This document shows, piece after piece, positions 26,321 through 38,402 of a DNA stretch of 64,000 bases (the first letter of the stretch is position 1; the number at the start of each line of letters is the position of its first letter). The stretch spans positions 12,650,001 to 12,714,000 of the forward strand of contig NW_024704743.1 in the NCBI RefSeq assembly GCF_018977255.1. The letters are read 5' to 3'. Source of the DNA: Callorhinchus milii. Taxonomy: Eukaryota. The notes beneath the pieces were generated by a model. It did not search any database and was not told where the DNA came from. It saw nothing but the letters and a program-made list of their open reading frames with translations. A program made the position numbers and the translations under genes.

Positions 26321-26799
26321 TGGTAACCCCGAGATGGTGGTGACCTCCTGTAGCCCTGCAGTCAGGGCACTGGTGAGCTTGGCGAGTAATGCCGGTGATC
26401 AGAGGATCTCCAGGCATTCAAATGTAGTGTGGAGTGGAAACGGACCATTCGGCCCTTTGGGCTTGTGCAGGTGTCCTCCCTCCCGAGTGGGTCACCCAGT
26501 TTTTGTTAAAGAAAGCATTAATAATTTTTTTTGCAACAGTCTAATTTGTATTATTTCTTCATTTTTAGTTTTTATCAATAAAGTGAAAAAATGTAGGTTA
26601 GCAGTAAAATGTATCTTTCAACAGCACCAATCATCTCCCCACAATTTTCTGCAAAATTTAATCAAAATTGCTCAATTTGGGGCAAATATTTCCATAATTT
26701 TCTATTGGCCCTGGCTATGGGCAACAATTAGACAAGTTAAGGCTTTTCAGTCCTGAGACGAGAGTCTAAGAAAGGGCATTTTAGGGCCCATGGCAGACA

Positions 26800-27345
26800 A
26801 CAACAATTTAATGTACGGAGTACATCTGAAAGTGCTTTACAAAGAGAAAGTGGGGGCCAGAAAGATAGTAGTAGGTGGCTATAGATATAGAGGTACAGTC
26901 ATTAGACTGGTTTTGAAAGCAAAGAGGGAGGTGGTGAGGCAGAATGAAAAAGGAGTTCTGGAGGATAGGGGCAAAGTGACTGAAAACTCACCTACCAATG
27001 GTGGGGTGGGGTATGAAGCAGACCAGCATTCGAGGAATGGAGGAATGGGGATGTGAGTAGTGTTGCAGGAAATCACAGTTAGAGTGTAGTAAGTTCATGG
27101 AGAACTTTGAAGGCAAGGACATGGACCTTGAAGTTGATCTCCTGGTGGATGGGGAGCCAGTGAGGCTGAGCAAGGATGGGTGATAGACTTGTGGAAGAAG
27201 AGGCAGACTGTTGTGTTCTGGGTGGTCTGGAGCTTATGGAGGCTGGTAAGCAGGAGGTTGTAAAGTCAAGTCTCGAGATAACAACTTGCATTTATATAGC
27301 GCCCTTAACATCACAGGATAGTGTCTCGGAGCGCTCCTGGCAATG
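26800..27345 (-). mobile_element. Older L2 3' fragment plus a separate L2 tail
   Basis: Minus-strand ORF remnants ISRLDF and HWLPIHQEINFKVHVLAFKVLHEL; L2-type tail at about 27280-27335. Confidence 0.7.
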
Positions 27346-28089
27346 CTAAGGGTTTTGGATGGGTGGGTGATGGAGGAATGGGGAAATTGGTCAAAGCCTA
27401 GATGAAAGGTTTAAAGGAGAATTATGGGTGGAACAAAATGCTGAGGTTATGGAAATGACAGAGTCAGATTGATGATCTCATGTAGGTGGCAGATACTCAG
27501 TGAATTGTGTTCCTGGAAATTGTGTGGCTGCCACTTGCTATTTGTTGATTGATCAGTAATCAATGACACAAACGTCTTTGTTGAAGCTGTAAGGCATGTA
27601 TGGAGCTTTCAGCAGCGAAAGTCTTCTTATGACAAGCCAATCATTTCTATTTAGTATGTCCTATGAAAAGAAATATCTTGCAACTAACACCTACTGATAA
27701 AATAGTAATCAATATTTTTAGGTTGAGGTAATTATTGTTTGATTGGTATGAGTCTGATTTGGCATCAGTACCCCCCAAAGGTTACCCTAATGCCAGGTGA
27801 AATCTGAACAAAGATGTAAGGAAAGGCTTTCACTAATGTTTGGGAGCCGAATTTGTGGTTCTGAGATCTATAGTCATGGATTGTATCATACCACTCCAAG
27901 AAACACCATTGTTTCAATTCCCAGCAGGGCAGTGGGAATCTCTCTCTCTTCACCTATTCAATCAAAACCTATTTATACTGAAATGCAAACTTGATTGAGT
28001 ACTCCGATCTACAATACTGTGAATTGTAATATTTTTAAATCCAAAACACAGTTTCGATTCAATATTTCTTTATTTAAATCTTACACTTC

Positions 28090-28646
28090 CACTCTCTTCC
28101 ACAACTCCTCCCTCCATAGGCTGCAGAATCATCCAGAACTCTGCAGCCCAGGTCCTCTCCCGCACCAGGCTCCGTGACCCTATCATCCCCATCCTCGCCC
28201 GACTCCACTGGCTTCCCATCACATAGAGGATACAGTTCAAGATCCTGGTCCTCACCTTCAAAGTCCTCCATGGCCTCGCTCCCCACTACCTCTGCGAGCT
28301 CGTAACCCCCTACCATCCTACCCGCTCCCTCCACTCAGCGGGCTCCGGCCTGCTTCACATCCCACGCCTCACCCCCACCCACCATTGGCGGCCGGCCGTC
28401 TGCCACTCTGCCCCACCTTCTGGAATTCCATTCTGCAGTCCCTTCACCTCACCCCTTCAAGACCCATCTCAAGACTCTCCTCTTCGACCGTGCTTTTGAT
28501 CACCCTCCTTCTCCACCTCCCCTCCACCCTCCCCAATCCTGACCCCCCAACTCAGGTCTGAAATACTGACTGTCTCGTGCCTTGGGATGTCTTCCAGACG
28601 TGAAAGGCGCTATACAAATGTAATTTTATTGTTGTCATTGTTGTTG
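28090..28646 (+). mobile_element. L2 LINE 3' fragment
   Basis: LHRLQ..QNSAA and LHWLP..IQFKILVLTFK; tail gtgaaaggcgctatacaaatg followed by (TTG)n. Confidence 0.88.
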
Positions 28647-29364
28647 TTTTCCGATTTGTATGTGACGAGTTCAAGAACATGAGAACATAAGATTTTGCTA
28701 GGCGAAAGAAAACCAAGGTCCATCAAATCACCTTCCATCATCCTGGCAGTCGCTTGACATGACAAACTTCCCAAACTATTTACTGTATCCCAAGATATTA
28801 TTTTCTAGCAAAAATCTATGTAATTTCTTCTTGAAACAAATGACATTTAGGAAAGGGCAAAGACAGCCAAGATTTGTTCTTGGTCTCTCTGAAGCACCCT
28901 CTACTGATACTGTGCATGTGCGCAGCCGGGTGAGGAGAGGACACACTCTACTGTAGAAGGCCTGCCAACATCTAATGCCAAGGCTCAAATATGAACACTG
29001 GATGGGGTAACAGTGTCAATGAAACCAAACCTCAGCAAGAGAAAGGGATTAGAAACAGAGAATTTTGCCAATGGGGAAAGATAACTGGATACAACAACAG
29101 GTTCCTTCAAGCAAATTTGAAGTGCAGCTGACATTGGGTTGGTGGCGGGAGGTGACCACAGGCATGGTCGAAGAGGTAAGTCTTCAGGAGGGATTTAAGG
29201 CTAAAGAAGGGGTGAGATGGAGGAGTAGAGGCAGACAGCTCCAGAGGTTGGGGGTGCGTGACCAAAGGCATGGCTGCCGAAGTTGCATTGTGATTGGATG
29301 ATGGTGTGCATCCATTGAGTGAAGGGGACAGGCTGAACCCCTCACAAACACTGCCATCCGTTAC

Positions 29365-29480
29365 AAACCCGCTATAAATGTAGTTTCTGGCCCACCGGCC
29401 TCCCGGCTGTTTACCTGACGTCACTGTGGACCGGGCGGCTCCAGATGCGCATGCGCGGTGCGATGCAAGCGGCTAATGGG
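29365..29480. promoter_or_regulatory. Small CpG-rich patch with CRE and NRF1 motifs
   Basis: TGACGTCA at 29416-29423 and TGCGCATGCGC at 29446-29456; many CpGs retained in CpG-poor surroundings. Confidence 0.35.
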
Positions 29481-29499
29481 CTTCACTCGGATGTTGTTG

Positions 29500-29950
29500 A
29501 TTGTCTGTGTCTCTCTGTGTGTGTGTGTTTGAAAGTCTGTGATTATGTCTCTTTATATCCATTTGTAAGTGTCCTTGTGTGTATCTATTCTCTCTGTTTG
29601 TGAGTGTCTGTGTCTCCCTCTCCCATGTGTGTTTGTGAGTGTGCCTCGCGTGTAAGTCTCTTTCTCTGAGAATGTGTGTCTCTGTGTCTGTGAGTTTGTG
29701 TCTGTGTTTGTGTCTCTCTCTATGTGTGTATGTGTCTCTCTCTATGTGTGTATGTGTGTCTCTCTCTCTCTTTCTCTGTGTCTGTCTCTCTCTGTCTGTG
29801 TATGTGCGTCTCTCTCTCTCTCTCTCTCTGTATCTCTGAGTTTGTGTCTTTCTATGTGTCTCTGAGAGTGTGTCTCTCTATATGTCTATGACTGTGTCTC
29901 TCTCTCTGTGTCTCTCTAAGTGTGTGTGTCTCTCTCTGGGTCTGTGTGCA
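29500..29950. repeat. (TG)/(TC)n compound microsatellite
   Basis: Visible directly. Confidence 0.9.
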
Positions 29951-29984
29951 GTATTGAGAGTTATTACAAACCATATCTGAAAAC

Positions 29985-32900
29985 CTGGCAGGGTAGCTGA
30001 GACCCATTTCATGCACATTGTGTGCCATGTGGGAACTTCAGGATGGTTCATGTGTTCTGGACAAACATGTGTGTAGGAAATGCCTCCTGCTGCTTGAGCT
30101 TGAGCTCAGGGTTGCTAAGTCACCACATAGAATACGGGAGGCTGAAGAATTTATGGGTCGAACTTTTCAGGAGGTGGTCACCCCACAGCCACAGAGAGTT
30201 CAGGAGGTGGTCACCCCAGCTACACAGGGGGCTCACAAGAAGGGTGACCATCCGACGTGGAGCAAAAAAAGAACAGGCAGTACAGAAATCCCCTAAGAGT
30301 GTGGTACTCACAAACCGGTTCTCGGTACTGGATACCGGTGAGGACGCCTCTGGCGAGAAGGGTCAAAAGCAATAGATGTTCAGGGGACAAAGGGGAAAAT
30401 GCTAACACTGTTGTTATCGGGCATACATCAGTTAAAGGGATAGACAGGCATTTCCGCCATAAAAGACGGGACTCGCACATGGTCTGCTGTCTCCCTGGGG
30501 CCAGGGTGCATGACGTCATGGAATGGGTGCAAAATATACTACAGGGAGAAGGGGAAAATACGGCAGGTGTGGTCCATGTCAGGATCCTTGACGTGGTGAT
30601 AAAAGGGCTGAGACCCTACAGGGAGAATATCAAAAACTTGGGAAGAAGCTAAAGAGCAGGACCTCAATTGGTGGTGATCTCAAGATTACTCCCAACGCCT
30701 TATGCAAGTGAATACCAAACCGGGAGGATCAAACACATGAATGCCTGGCTAGAGAAATGGTGCAGGAAGGAGGGCTTCTAAACCACTGGGACCACTTCTG
30801 GGGCAGATGGGACCTGTACACGAGGGATGGGTTACATCTGAGCAGGGCTGGGACCAATGTCATTGCAACGAGGATAACAAATGCAGTGGGGAAGCGTTTA
30901 AACTGATTTCGAGGAGAGATGGGGATCAGAATGTAGCATCAGGGAGGGGAAACAAGTTACATAGTGGATGAGGAGAGAGAAATAGAAATGAAACAAAGAA
31001 TAGTCCAGCAAAAGGTGGAAAGAGACGGAGGAGAAATGTAAAGCAGGAGTGCATGTATGTAAATGCACGGAGCGTGACCAATAAGCTTGGTAAGCTGCGG
31101 CTCAAGTTGCCACATGGGGCTATGATGTAGTGGCAATTACGTCGACTTGGCTCAAGCAAGGACAGGAATGGGAGCTGAACATTCTTGGCTACAACCGGAG
31201 GCATAGGGAAGGGAAAAAAGGAGGAAGGGTGGCAATATTCATTAAGGACACGGTCACCGTCTTGGAAAAGGACGATGTGTTAGAGGGTCCAAAAACTGAA
31301 ACTATTAGTTAAGGAGCAGAAAAGGAGCTGATACTCTGTTAGGTATTTACTATAGACCTCCAAATAGTGGGAAGGAGATAGATGAGCAAATCTGCAAGCA
31401 TGCAAAACCAATAGAGTAGTGATAATGAGGGACTTCAATTATCCTAACATACACTAGGAAACACACAGTGTAAAGGGCAAGGAAGGGGAGGAATTCCTGA
31501 AATGTGCGCAGGAGAACTTTCTGGATCAGTATGTTTCCAGCCCAATGAGGAAGGAAGCAGTGCTGGATTTAGTTCTGGGAAATGAAGTGGGGCAAGTGGA
31601 GCAGCTTTCAGTAGGAGAGCATTTGGACAACAGTGATCACACCATCATTAGGTTTAGAATAGTTATGGAAAAGGACAACAATCAATCAAATGTAAAGATC
31701 CTCAACTGGAAGCGGGCTGATTTCAGTGAGCTAAAAAGGAACCTGGCCAAGATAGATTGGAAAGAAAGATTGGCAGGTAAGACAGCAAACGAACAATGGG
31801 AAGCCTTCAAGGAGGAGATAGTTCGGGGACAGAGCAAATACATTCCCACAAAGAGGAAAGATAGGATAGTCAAACCTCCTTGGATGACTAAGGAAATTGG
31901 GATTAAAATAAAACTGAAAAAGGAGGCTTATGACAAATGTCAGGTTCAAAACACACAGGATAATCAAATAGGATATAGGAAGTACAAAGGAGAAGCGAAA
32001 AGGAAATAGGAGGGGCGAAGAGATTGTACGAGAAAAGATTAGCAGGAAACATAAAACGGAACACTAAGGTATTTTATAAGCATATCAAGAGTAGAAGGTT
32101 AGTCAAAGGTAGGGTGGGTCCAATTAGATACCCTAGTGGAAATCTTCTTGTTGAGGCAGAGGGCATGGCTGATGTACTAAATAAGTATTTTGCAACTGTT
32201 TTCACAAAAGAAGACAATGCAACCAATGCCACAATATCTCAAGTGTGTGAACAGAAATTGGATATGATCAAAATCAAGGAAAGGAAGTACTAAAAAGGCT
32301 GTCGGTGCTCAACATAGATAAGTCACCTGGTCAGGACGGGATGCATCCTAGGTTACTGAGGGAAGTAAGGGTGGAAATAGCGGAGGCTCTGACCACAATC
32401 TTTCAATCCTCTTTGGACACTGGAGTGGTGCCAGAAGACTGGAGGGTTGCAAATGTTACTCCCCTGTACAAAAAGGGGCAGAAGGATAAACTGGTCAATC
32501 AGCCTAACATCAGTAGTAGGGAAACTTCTGGAGACTATAATCCGGGACAATATAACTTCTCACTTAGAAAAGTATGGTCTAATAAAGGACAGTCAACACA
32601 GATTTATTAAAGGCAGATCGTGTTTGACAAACCTAGTAGAATTTTTTGATGAAATGACTTGAGAGAGTAGATGAAGGTAGAGCAGTGGACGTAGTTTATC
32701 TAGATTTTCAAAAGGCATTTGACAAAGTACCACATAAGAGACTTATAAACAAAATAGAAACCCATGGTATTAAAGGGACTGTGGCAACGTGGATCCAGAA
32801 CTGGCTAGGAGACAGAAAGCAGAGAGTGGTAGTAAACGGTTGCTTTTCTGACTGGAGAGAGGTGTGTAATGGTGTCCCTCAGGGGCCGGTATTGGGACCA

Positions 32901-33880
32901 CTGCTCTTTCTGATCTATATTAATGATCTGGGCCTGGATATAGGGAGCACAATTTCCAAATTTGCAGACGATACTAAGCTAGGAAAAGTAGTTAATGGTG
33001 AGGAGGATAGCACCAGACTGCAAGAGGAGTTAGACAGATTGGTAAAATGGGCAGAAACGTGGCAGATGAGGTTTAATGTGGAGAAATGTGAAGTGTTGCA
33101 TTTTGGTAGGAAGAATGAGGATGTAGTATAAGCTGATGGTACAATCTTAAAAGGGGCAAATGAACAGAGAGACCTGGGGGTCCACATAAGCAAATCTCTG
33201 AAGGTGGCAGGACAGGTAGATAAAGCTGCTAAAAAAAGCATACTGGATACTAGGTTTTATAAACAGGGGCAGAGAATTCAAAAGTCAGGAGGTTATGTAA
33301 TATTTATAAAATGCTGGTTAGGCCTCAATTGGAGTACTCCGTTCAGTTCTGGGCACCGCACTTTAGGAAAGATTTTAGGGCATTGGAGAGGGTGCAAAGG
33401 AGGTTTACCAGGATGGTACCAGGAATGAGGGACCTTAGTTATGAGGAGAGGTTAGCGAAACTAGGGTTATTCTCCCTACAGCAGAGAAGATTAAGAGGGG
33501 ATTTAATAGAGGTTTTCAAGATCATGAGAGGATCCGATAGGTTGAACCAGGAAAAACTGTTTCCACTGGCATGTGGGTCAGTAACCCGAGGACACTGATT
33601 TAAGATAGTTGTTAAAAGAAACAAAGGGGAAATTAGGAAAAAAAAATTCACCCAGCGAGTTGTTTGGATCTGGAATGCATTACCTGAAAGGGTAGTGGAA
33701 GCCGGTTCAATAACAACTTTTAAGAGAGAAGTAGATGGGTATTTGGGGAGGACAGTATTGCAGGGCTATGGAGAGAAAGCGGGCCAGTGGGATTGAGTTG
33801 GATTACTCTTTTCGAAGTCGGCGCAGACACGATGGGCTGAATGGCCTCTTTCTGTGCTGTATGATTCTATGATTCTATGA
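29985..33880 (+). mobile_element. Near-complete CR1 LINE: ORF1 (zinc finger plus SGNH esterase-like domain), ORF2 (APE endonuclease and RT) and 3' UTR; inactivated
   Basis: ORF1 C-x2-C...HVCRKC, LTNRFSVL and VVIG..VKG..VCCLPGARV. ORF2 LDLVL, PEDWRVANV, SQHRF..GRSCLTNL, YLDFQKAFDKVPH, GVPQG..LGPLLFLIYINDL, KFADDTKLG. Ends in (ATTCTATG)n; contains stops and frameshifts. Confidence 0.95.
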
Positions 33881-35484
33881 GTTCTGGTGTACCCACCCCC
33901 AAAAAAAGGTCACCCAGTTTTTGTTAAAGAAGCAATTAACATTTTTTTGCAACAACCTAATATGTGTTATTTTCTCATGTTTAGTTTTTAATCAATAAAG
34001 TGAAAAAAATGTAGATTGACAGTAAAATGTACCTCAATAGCATCAATCAACTCCCCGCAAATTTCTGCAAAATCTGCCAACCCCACAATTTCTTGTATGT
34101 TCCACAAATCTCCCCGCAATTTTTGGGCAAACATTCCTTTTTTCTTGGTCCAGGCTATGAGGAATGATTAGACAAGCTGGGGCTTTTCAGTCTTGAGAGA
34201 AGACGTCTCAAGAGTGAAATCTACGGCAACCCAATTAACGTTTTAAATAGGATTGAAAAATGTAATTTAAAACAATACTTTAGGATGCACCACCACCAAC
34301 ATCCCTCATTGATATAACATCCCTCACACAGGGTAGTGTCCCAGAGTGCTTGACAGTGGCAGAGCACAACGCCGAGCTGGGGGGAGGTGACCGCAGACAC
34401 GGTCAAAGATGAAGGTCTTCTGGTGTGCCTGAAGATGGGGAAGGAAGGGGCAAGGCAGTGGGATAGAGGAAGAGTGTTCCAGAGTTTCAGGGTGTAATGG
34501 CTAAAAGCGCAGCCAGGACCATTCCTTTACCATTCCTGTGACTGAAAGCATGGCCACTAATGGTGGAACGGAGGCCACGAGGGACAAGCAGGAGATCTAC
34601 TGCCATTTGTTGAACAAGATGACATAGGTGCAGATTTGCAAAGGGAAATTTCAGGACAGGAAGGTTTGCTGATCTAAGACTGGACTAATTTAGAAAACTG
34701 CTTGATGCTGTGATAGGAAGCCAGTAGATTAGGTACTCTACGATTTTGAGATCAGATGAGCGGAAGAGCCTTTGTCCAAATCTATCTTGTAATCTTGCGA
34801 AATCGGATCAGAGTTCCAGAGGGTCGAGAACTCCTTTGACGTCCGTAAATTAGACCGCATTCTTGTACTGGCTCCAGTGATTCGAACGTGGAATTTTGCC
34901 TATTTTATATCAACTGACAGAGTCACAGCATACATTTACTGTTGTTACTCAACTATCAATCCCCACTCTAGTGTGGAATGGTCCTGGCAAATTTCTGTCT
35001 GCTTTAGATAGTATACCTGACAGCAGTGAAGTGCTTGATCCAGCAGGTGCACTGCCTGAGAAGTGGTAAAGTCAATCTGAACCTCAGTCAGTGCTAAGAT
35101 TAACATTCAGACTATTCAGCAAATTCAGAAGATGCCAGACAATGCAGATACCCTGTCCCTGCTTACCAGATAGATGCATTAAAAACTAGCTCCAGTGTCA
35201 GCAGAATATTGTTCAGGGATTGATTAGGGTGCAGTTTATCCATATAATGAGTCGCGGCTTGATGCCACTGAGAGTGCATTTCCATCTGCAGCACCTGCAG
35301 ATCAGCTCAGTAGGGTAATGTCCTAACCGATGAGCCATCATTATTGAACCATTACAAATTACAGGAAGTATCAAGTGCACAGCTTGTAACCAGCAGTTAT
35401 AAACAGTCTACAAGAAGGACAAGCAGCTTCTCATAAATATTCCACTAGTTCAAAACATTGTAGCACAAAACAGAGTTTCCACAC

Positions 35485-35695
35485 TAATAATTCCTAAAAA
35501 AAATTAATAAATTTATCACTTCAATCCATGACTGTTTGTGGGACACTGCTGTGCGCAATTGGCTGCCGTGTTTCGCCCACAAATATATAATAAAAAATAA
35601 CCCTAGCATTTGATATAGCGCCTTATCATGTTGTTGAGATATCTCAATGTGCTTCACAGGATATATTGTAAAGTGTATTTTGTGGGCGAAATAAA
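35485..35695. mobile_element. Rearranged SINE: plus-strand body joined to a minus-strand tail
   Basis: Body runs to tttcgcccacaaa (about 35583), then the tail is in reverse and ends tttgtgggcgaaa (about 35691). Confidence 0.75.
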
Positions 35696-35749
35696 AACAT
35701 ATAATGAAAATGAGAAACACTTACTTTTCTTCATTCTGATTTACATAGA

Positions 35750-35920
35750 TGAGTAGACAGGGCTGCTGAACAGTGGGTGAATATGCAAAGAATTGGGAAG
35801 ACAAGGCTGGTGTACAATGGATGACTATGGAGAGGGTTGAGAAGACAAGGCTGGTGTACAGTGGGTCACCATGGAATGAGTTGAGAAATTGAGTAGACAA
35901 GGCTGGTGTTACAGTGGGTT
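35750..35920. repeat. Imperfect tandem repeat, four copies of agacaaggctggtgtacagtgg
   Basis: The motif recurs at about 35755, 35799, 35843 and 35895. Confidence 0.75.
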
Positions 35921-35941
35921 ACCGTGGAGGGAATAGAATAT

Positions 35942-36175
35942 CTTTTGGGTTTTAAGAAGAAGTCTGCAAACTTAGCACAGGGATAACTAGCTTGTGGTGT
36001 CCAAATGTTCAAAGCAATGTTACTTTTCAATCCTTTGATTTTGGTTTGTCTTATCATTTTGAAACAGAATTCACCAAGCGTTGGATAGTTCACCCATAAG
36101 GAACGTGAGCTAGATTCAGACTGTTGTGACACAGGTTAGTTTTACCCTCTGATATTGTGTTGTTGCAATCCTAAT
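35942..36175 (+). pseudogene. Decayed 28S (LSU) rRNA fragment, 3' part of domain V
   Basis: Colinear with eukaryotic 28S: CTTTTGGGTTTTAAG...CACAGGGATAACT.GCTTGTGG...CAGAATTCACCAAGCGTTGGAT.GTTCACCCA...GGAACGTGAGCT...ACAGGTTAGTTTTACCCT. CpGs are mostly converted to TG or CA. Confidence 0.9.
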
Positions 36176-36851
36176 ACCACTTGCTGCAGTGACCAATTTC
36201 ACATTCTGGTAGCATCTGTGGAGTGAAAACCTCATCAGTTCTCAAACGTTATTGAAATCTATATCACAGATAAGGAGTAGACATACTATTTCAGTTAAAT
36301 TGTCTGTTTCTTTTTATAGAACACCAGGATATCACAACACTCTAAATTCAAGAAGGTGAGAGGATGAGAGCCTTGGGTAATTCTGTAGAGAGTTTCACTG
36401 TGGCAATGCTGTTTGGTAGAGACAGCAGCTCCATAAATACGTTGTAAACAAAGGTAATTGCTACTGGATGTGTCTCTTTCTTTGCTTGGCACAATACAAT
36501 ACAAATTACATTTATAGTGCCTTTCACATCGGGAGGACTTCCCAAGGCGCTGTACAATACCATACAGTAATGAATAACGTCTCCTCTGTTTGAACCACCT
36601 CATCTCACACTGGCCAGTGTTGGAGCTGAATAAAGCCCTCCATGTGCAAATGAACATCTGGCTTCACAGCTGGCAGCCTGGTGATCCACCAGCCACCAAA
36701 CCATTCCTCAATGAAAATATAATTGACTCGTGGGAGTAAAAAATACAATCTGAATAACTGCAAACTGCTTCCTTTTCTGGAGGAATTTAATGTTGCTGAT
36801 TCTGTGAAAATAATCTACAATAATTTGGTCCATTTATCACTGCACCATCCA

Positions 36852-37495
36852 TCTGTACAAATAAAGACAAAATGCCCATCTGTATATCTGTCCGACAATA
36901 ATGAAATAACCAATTAATAATAATAATCCTTGTATTTGATATAGCACTTTCACATCTTCTAGAACGTCTCAAAGTGCTTCACAGAATATACCATAAAGTG
37001 AATTGCCTGTTATATTTGTGGGCAAAATTGACATAGAGACATGATTTATACCTCATCAGAAAGGTCTTGCATGAGGGAGTGTCAAGATAATTCCAAAATA
37101 TGTTTTACTGTAACATATGAGAAATACATGACATCAGATATAACACTGTCTGTACGAGTTTAATAGCACATTTTCTTAAGATGCCTAAAAAGCGAAGATC
37201 AAGCCTTTCAAGGATATATAAAAGTGCCAGACGAAAGAGAGGACAATGAAGTGAAACTGAAGAACAAAGAACAACACGGTTGGACTTGGACACAGAAAGG
37301 CATGCAAGAACACAGCAAAATGATGCCCAGCAGCAGAGGTCACTCCATTTAGCTGCAATCAACTATGATCCAGGCAGAATACGAATCAGATGGCGCCCAT
37401 CATATTGGGAATATGTCGAACGTATGTGCTCACTGTGGAGCCATGAAATGGGCAAAACAAGTTTCTTCCATGTGTTGCTCGCTTAAAGGTTGGAT
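36852..37495 (+). mobile_element. Helitron 5' remnant (RepHel N-terminus), interrupted by a SINE tail at about 36914-37028
   Basis: Pseudo-ORF from ATG 37181: MPKKRRSSLSR...*SETEEQRTTRL..ERHAR...LAAINYDP, a frameshift, then IGNMSNVCAHCGAMKWAKQVSSMCCS. This is an STPR-like repeat plus the Helitron-type Cys finger. Candidate A/TC 5' end at 36851-36853. Confidence 0.75.
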
Positions 37496-38080
37496 GCATA
37501 ATCATCCAACTATGGAATCTACATTCCACATTGAATCCTTTGGTTGCAAGCGTAACTGCAATGGGTACAGCTAGTTACAAATAAAGCCCAGCTGAACCTG
37601 CCATAATTAAAATCACAATGAATATCAAAGTACTTCCTATTGCAATAAAAACACTGACAATTATGTATCTAATTACTTTGCAATTTAACTGCATGATGAT
37701 TTACTACACATGGTAGGGAAAAATTTCACTTGCGACTAGATTTATTCTATTTATGTAGCAATACAAAGCATCCAGCATTTGGTAAATTCTCAATCTTGAA
37801 GCCAGTTTCTTGTCAGTGCTTTTAAGAAACATAGAAAACTATCATCAATGTTAAGCCTAAATTCGACATATTGCCAAATTCTGGATAATCGGAAATGCTA
37901 CCTAAATACAGTAAATCTAAACCCAGGTGGAATTTCTCCCCAAGAGTGTCTTATGTCTACTAGATATTTTTATATATTAATTAGTTCCCTACTGTGAGAA
38001 TGTGTGCTGAAAAATGTGAATATATTTTAATGTTTTTCTCTGCATTGATTTTGTGAAGTAGAGAACTCAATGTGCGTTTT

Positions 38081-38402
38081 ATAATAATAATAATAATAAT
38101 CCTTGCATTTGATATAGCGCTTTTCACGTCGGGAGGACGTCCCAAAGCGCTTCACAGAACACATTGTAAAGTGAATTGACTGTATATTTGTGGGCGAACG
38201 CGGCAGCCAATTGCGCACAGCAATGTCCCACAAACAGTCGTAGATTGAAAATGACCAATTTATTATTGTTGTTTTTTGGAGGGATTATTATTAGGCTCTG
38301 TGTGGAGTAAGGAACCTTGCCCAAGGTTTCGCCCTGACTGGAATTGAACCCAGGTCTCTCACTTACAAAGCGAGTGCTCTAACCACTGAGCTACAGGACT
38401 CC
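38081..38402 (-). mobile_element. Young tRNA-derived SINE (short variant), full length
   Basis: Near-identical to the reverse complement of 56625-56945. Confidence 0.92.

Noticed and set aside
35750..35920. Repeat-spacer pattern resembling a CRISPR array (also 18853-19012)
   Set aside because: Imperfect tandem repeats with related, irregular spacers in a vertebrate intron; no cas genes.
35942..36175. Functional rRNA gene
   Set aside because: Short isolated fragment with substitutions and deletions at conserved positions.
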